Shown here piece by piece: positions 63,037-64,000 of a DNA stretch of 64,000 nucleotides (within the stretch, counting starts at the first letter, position 1; each line of letters opens with the position of its first letter). The position numbers and the translations under genes are program-made. The notes beneath the pieces were generated by a model. It was not told the origin of the DNA. It did no database searches and saw nothing but the letters and a program-made list of their open reading frames with translations. Source of the stretch: an uncultured candidate division Zixibacteria bacterium (lineage in GTDB: Bacteria > Zixibacteria > MSB-5A5 > UBA10806); contig CAWDFP010000006.1 of assembly GCA_963801605.1 (NCBI GenBank), positions 1 to 64,000 of the forward strand, in the 5' to 3' direction.

Positions 63037-63620
63037 CCTTCTCCAAACTGATTGGCTTTATTAATAATGGCGCGAATCTCTTTAATCCGCTTCAAGCTCT
63101 TTGGCAGAAGCCCGAGGCGACGATTCTTGATCATGGTCAATCCAAAGCGAAAATTTGGGAATAATTTCACAATATTGGTGCTTAAAATATACTTCAAGCC
63201 GAGTCCCAATTCGTAATTTCTGCCGTATTTATAAACGTTATCCGTAAATGTTTTTGATAGAGTATGAACCGGGAAACGCAATGGATATATCTGCTTTTCC
63301 ATGGCGATTCGTTTGAGGGCATATAACGTATCGGTTATCTTAATCCCCACGGGACATCGTACCGTGCACGAATAGCATGAGGCGCATAGCCAGATCGCTC
63401 GACTCCGAAGGATATCTTCCATCATACCAGCCCTAAACAATGCCACAATTTGTCGAGGAGTAATATCCATTGCATACGAGACCGGGCACGAGCCCGTACA
63501 GGTACCACACTGAAGACAAAGCTTGATTTTGTCTCCTTCAGGGAAACTTCCGACCTGGTTCCAAAAGGCGGCACGCAGATCAGCTTCTTTTTTGGGGAAA
63601 GGCATTATAGCATCTTTCAT
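63033..63620 (-). CDS. hdrC: Heterodisulfide reductase subunit C
   Basis: CLQCGTCTGSCP and IWLCASCYSCTVRCP. Confidence 0.92.
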   Translation of the reverse strand: MKDAIMPFPKKEADLRAAFWNQVGSFPEGDKIKLCLQCGTCTGSCPVSYAMDITPRQIVALFRAGMMEDILRSRAIWLCASCYSCTVRCPVGIKITDTLYALKRIAMEKQIYPLRFPVHTLSKTFTDNVYKYGRNYELGLGLKYILSTNIVKLFPNFRFGLTMIKNRRLGLLPKSLKRIKEIRAIINKANQFGEG

Positions 63621-63810
63621 ACTACCCCGCTTGAACGCTTATAAATTTTCAATTTTCGGCCAGAATCTTCTGGCGGAAAGAGCCAGGATTTACAAATTCT
63701 GATATATCAGTAATTTCGTTTAGTAAAGTTGTCAAGAGGTTTGTTTTTTTCGCAAGCCATCTTGTCACCATCGACCGCCATAATGGCAGGACATATTCAA
63801 TAAAGTGAAA

Positions 63811-63828
63811 TTGATAATTTTTTCACAT
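63811..63828. promoter_or_regulatory. Possible Rex (NADH/NAD+ sensor) operator
   Basis: ttgataa-tttt-ttcacat matches 11 of 14 positions of TTGTGAA-N4-TTCACAA, upstream of hdrC, but in AT-rich DNA. Confidence 0.35.
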
Positions 63829-64000
63829 AAAATCATATTTTAAAAAAGTTCGCTTTTTATTTCAATATCTCATAACTTATTAAGGATTTTATAGATAAGT
63901 CATAAGATTCCATCTCCACTCTAATTATTAATAAGTATTACTAATACGAATATAGTACATAGTCACCATGCGGTGACACATATTTCTGCCTATCACTACA

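Noticed and set aside
394..63644. Numerous antisense and overlapping short ORFs in the six-frame track (e.g. 8601-9083, 24252-24770, 25378-25923, 30871-31410, 41711-42061, 42611-42886)
   Set aside because: They shadow well-supported genes or lack an RBS and recognisable motifs

Overview
A gene-dense bacterial window, probably from an anaerobe. From about 4.86 kb onward it looks like an FCB-group organism such as Zixibacteria, inferred from two secreted proteins with QNYPNPFN-type C-terminal sorting domains. The first ~4.85 kb (L,D-transpeptidase, flavoprotein, a DUF1573 protein with an in-frame TGA plus SECIS-like hairpin, 5' half of ubiD) is joined in frame to an N-terminally truncated, AT-rich SIR2-TPR gene; this looks like a chimeric or deletion junction. 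There are two large redox operons. (1) 17.9-24.8 kb: a sigma-54-type operon encoding a NuoE/NuoF-GltD/NuoG-like module, a stand-alone FMN-binding glutamate-synthase-family protein and several unexplained Cys-rich domains. (2) 53-63.6 kb (minus strand): hdrC-hdrB-hdrA(N half)-nuoE-nuoF-[nuoG::hdrA C half]-mvhD-mvhG-mvhA-protease-cNMP protein, i.e. an HdrA split inside its ferredoxin insert with an NADH-diaphorase module placed in the gap. This is the best candidate for an undescribed system. A tmRNA/tRNA-Ala 3'-end fragment at 42.5 kb suggests the right-hand third may be an integrated island; it also holds MarR-ABC efflux, DUF134/NifX/DsrE/CGGC and ArsR-permease-thioredoxin-CcdA clusters. Other content: tRNA-Thr(CGT), an ECF sigma operon, an RND pump, REP-like palindromes and several operators and terminators. 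Many genes carry +1 frameshifts, most likely long-read insertion errors, so the coordinates of those genes are reconstructed by eye. All family assignments come from motif recognition, not database searches.
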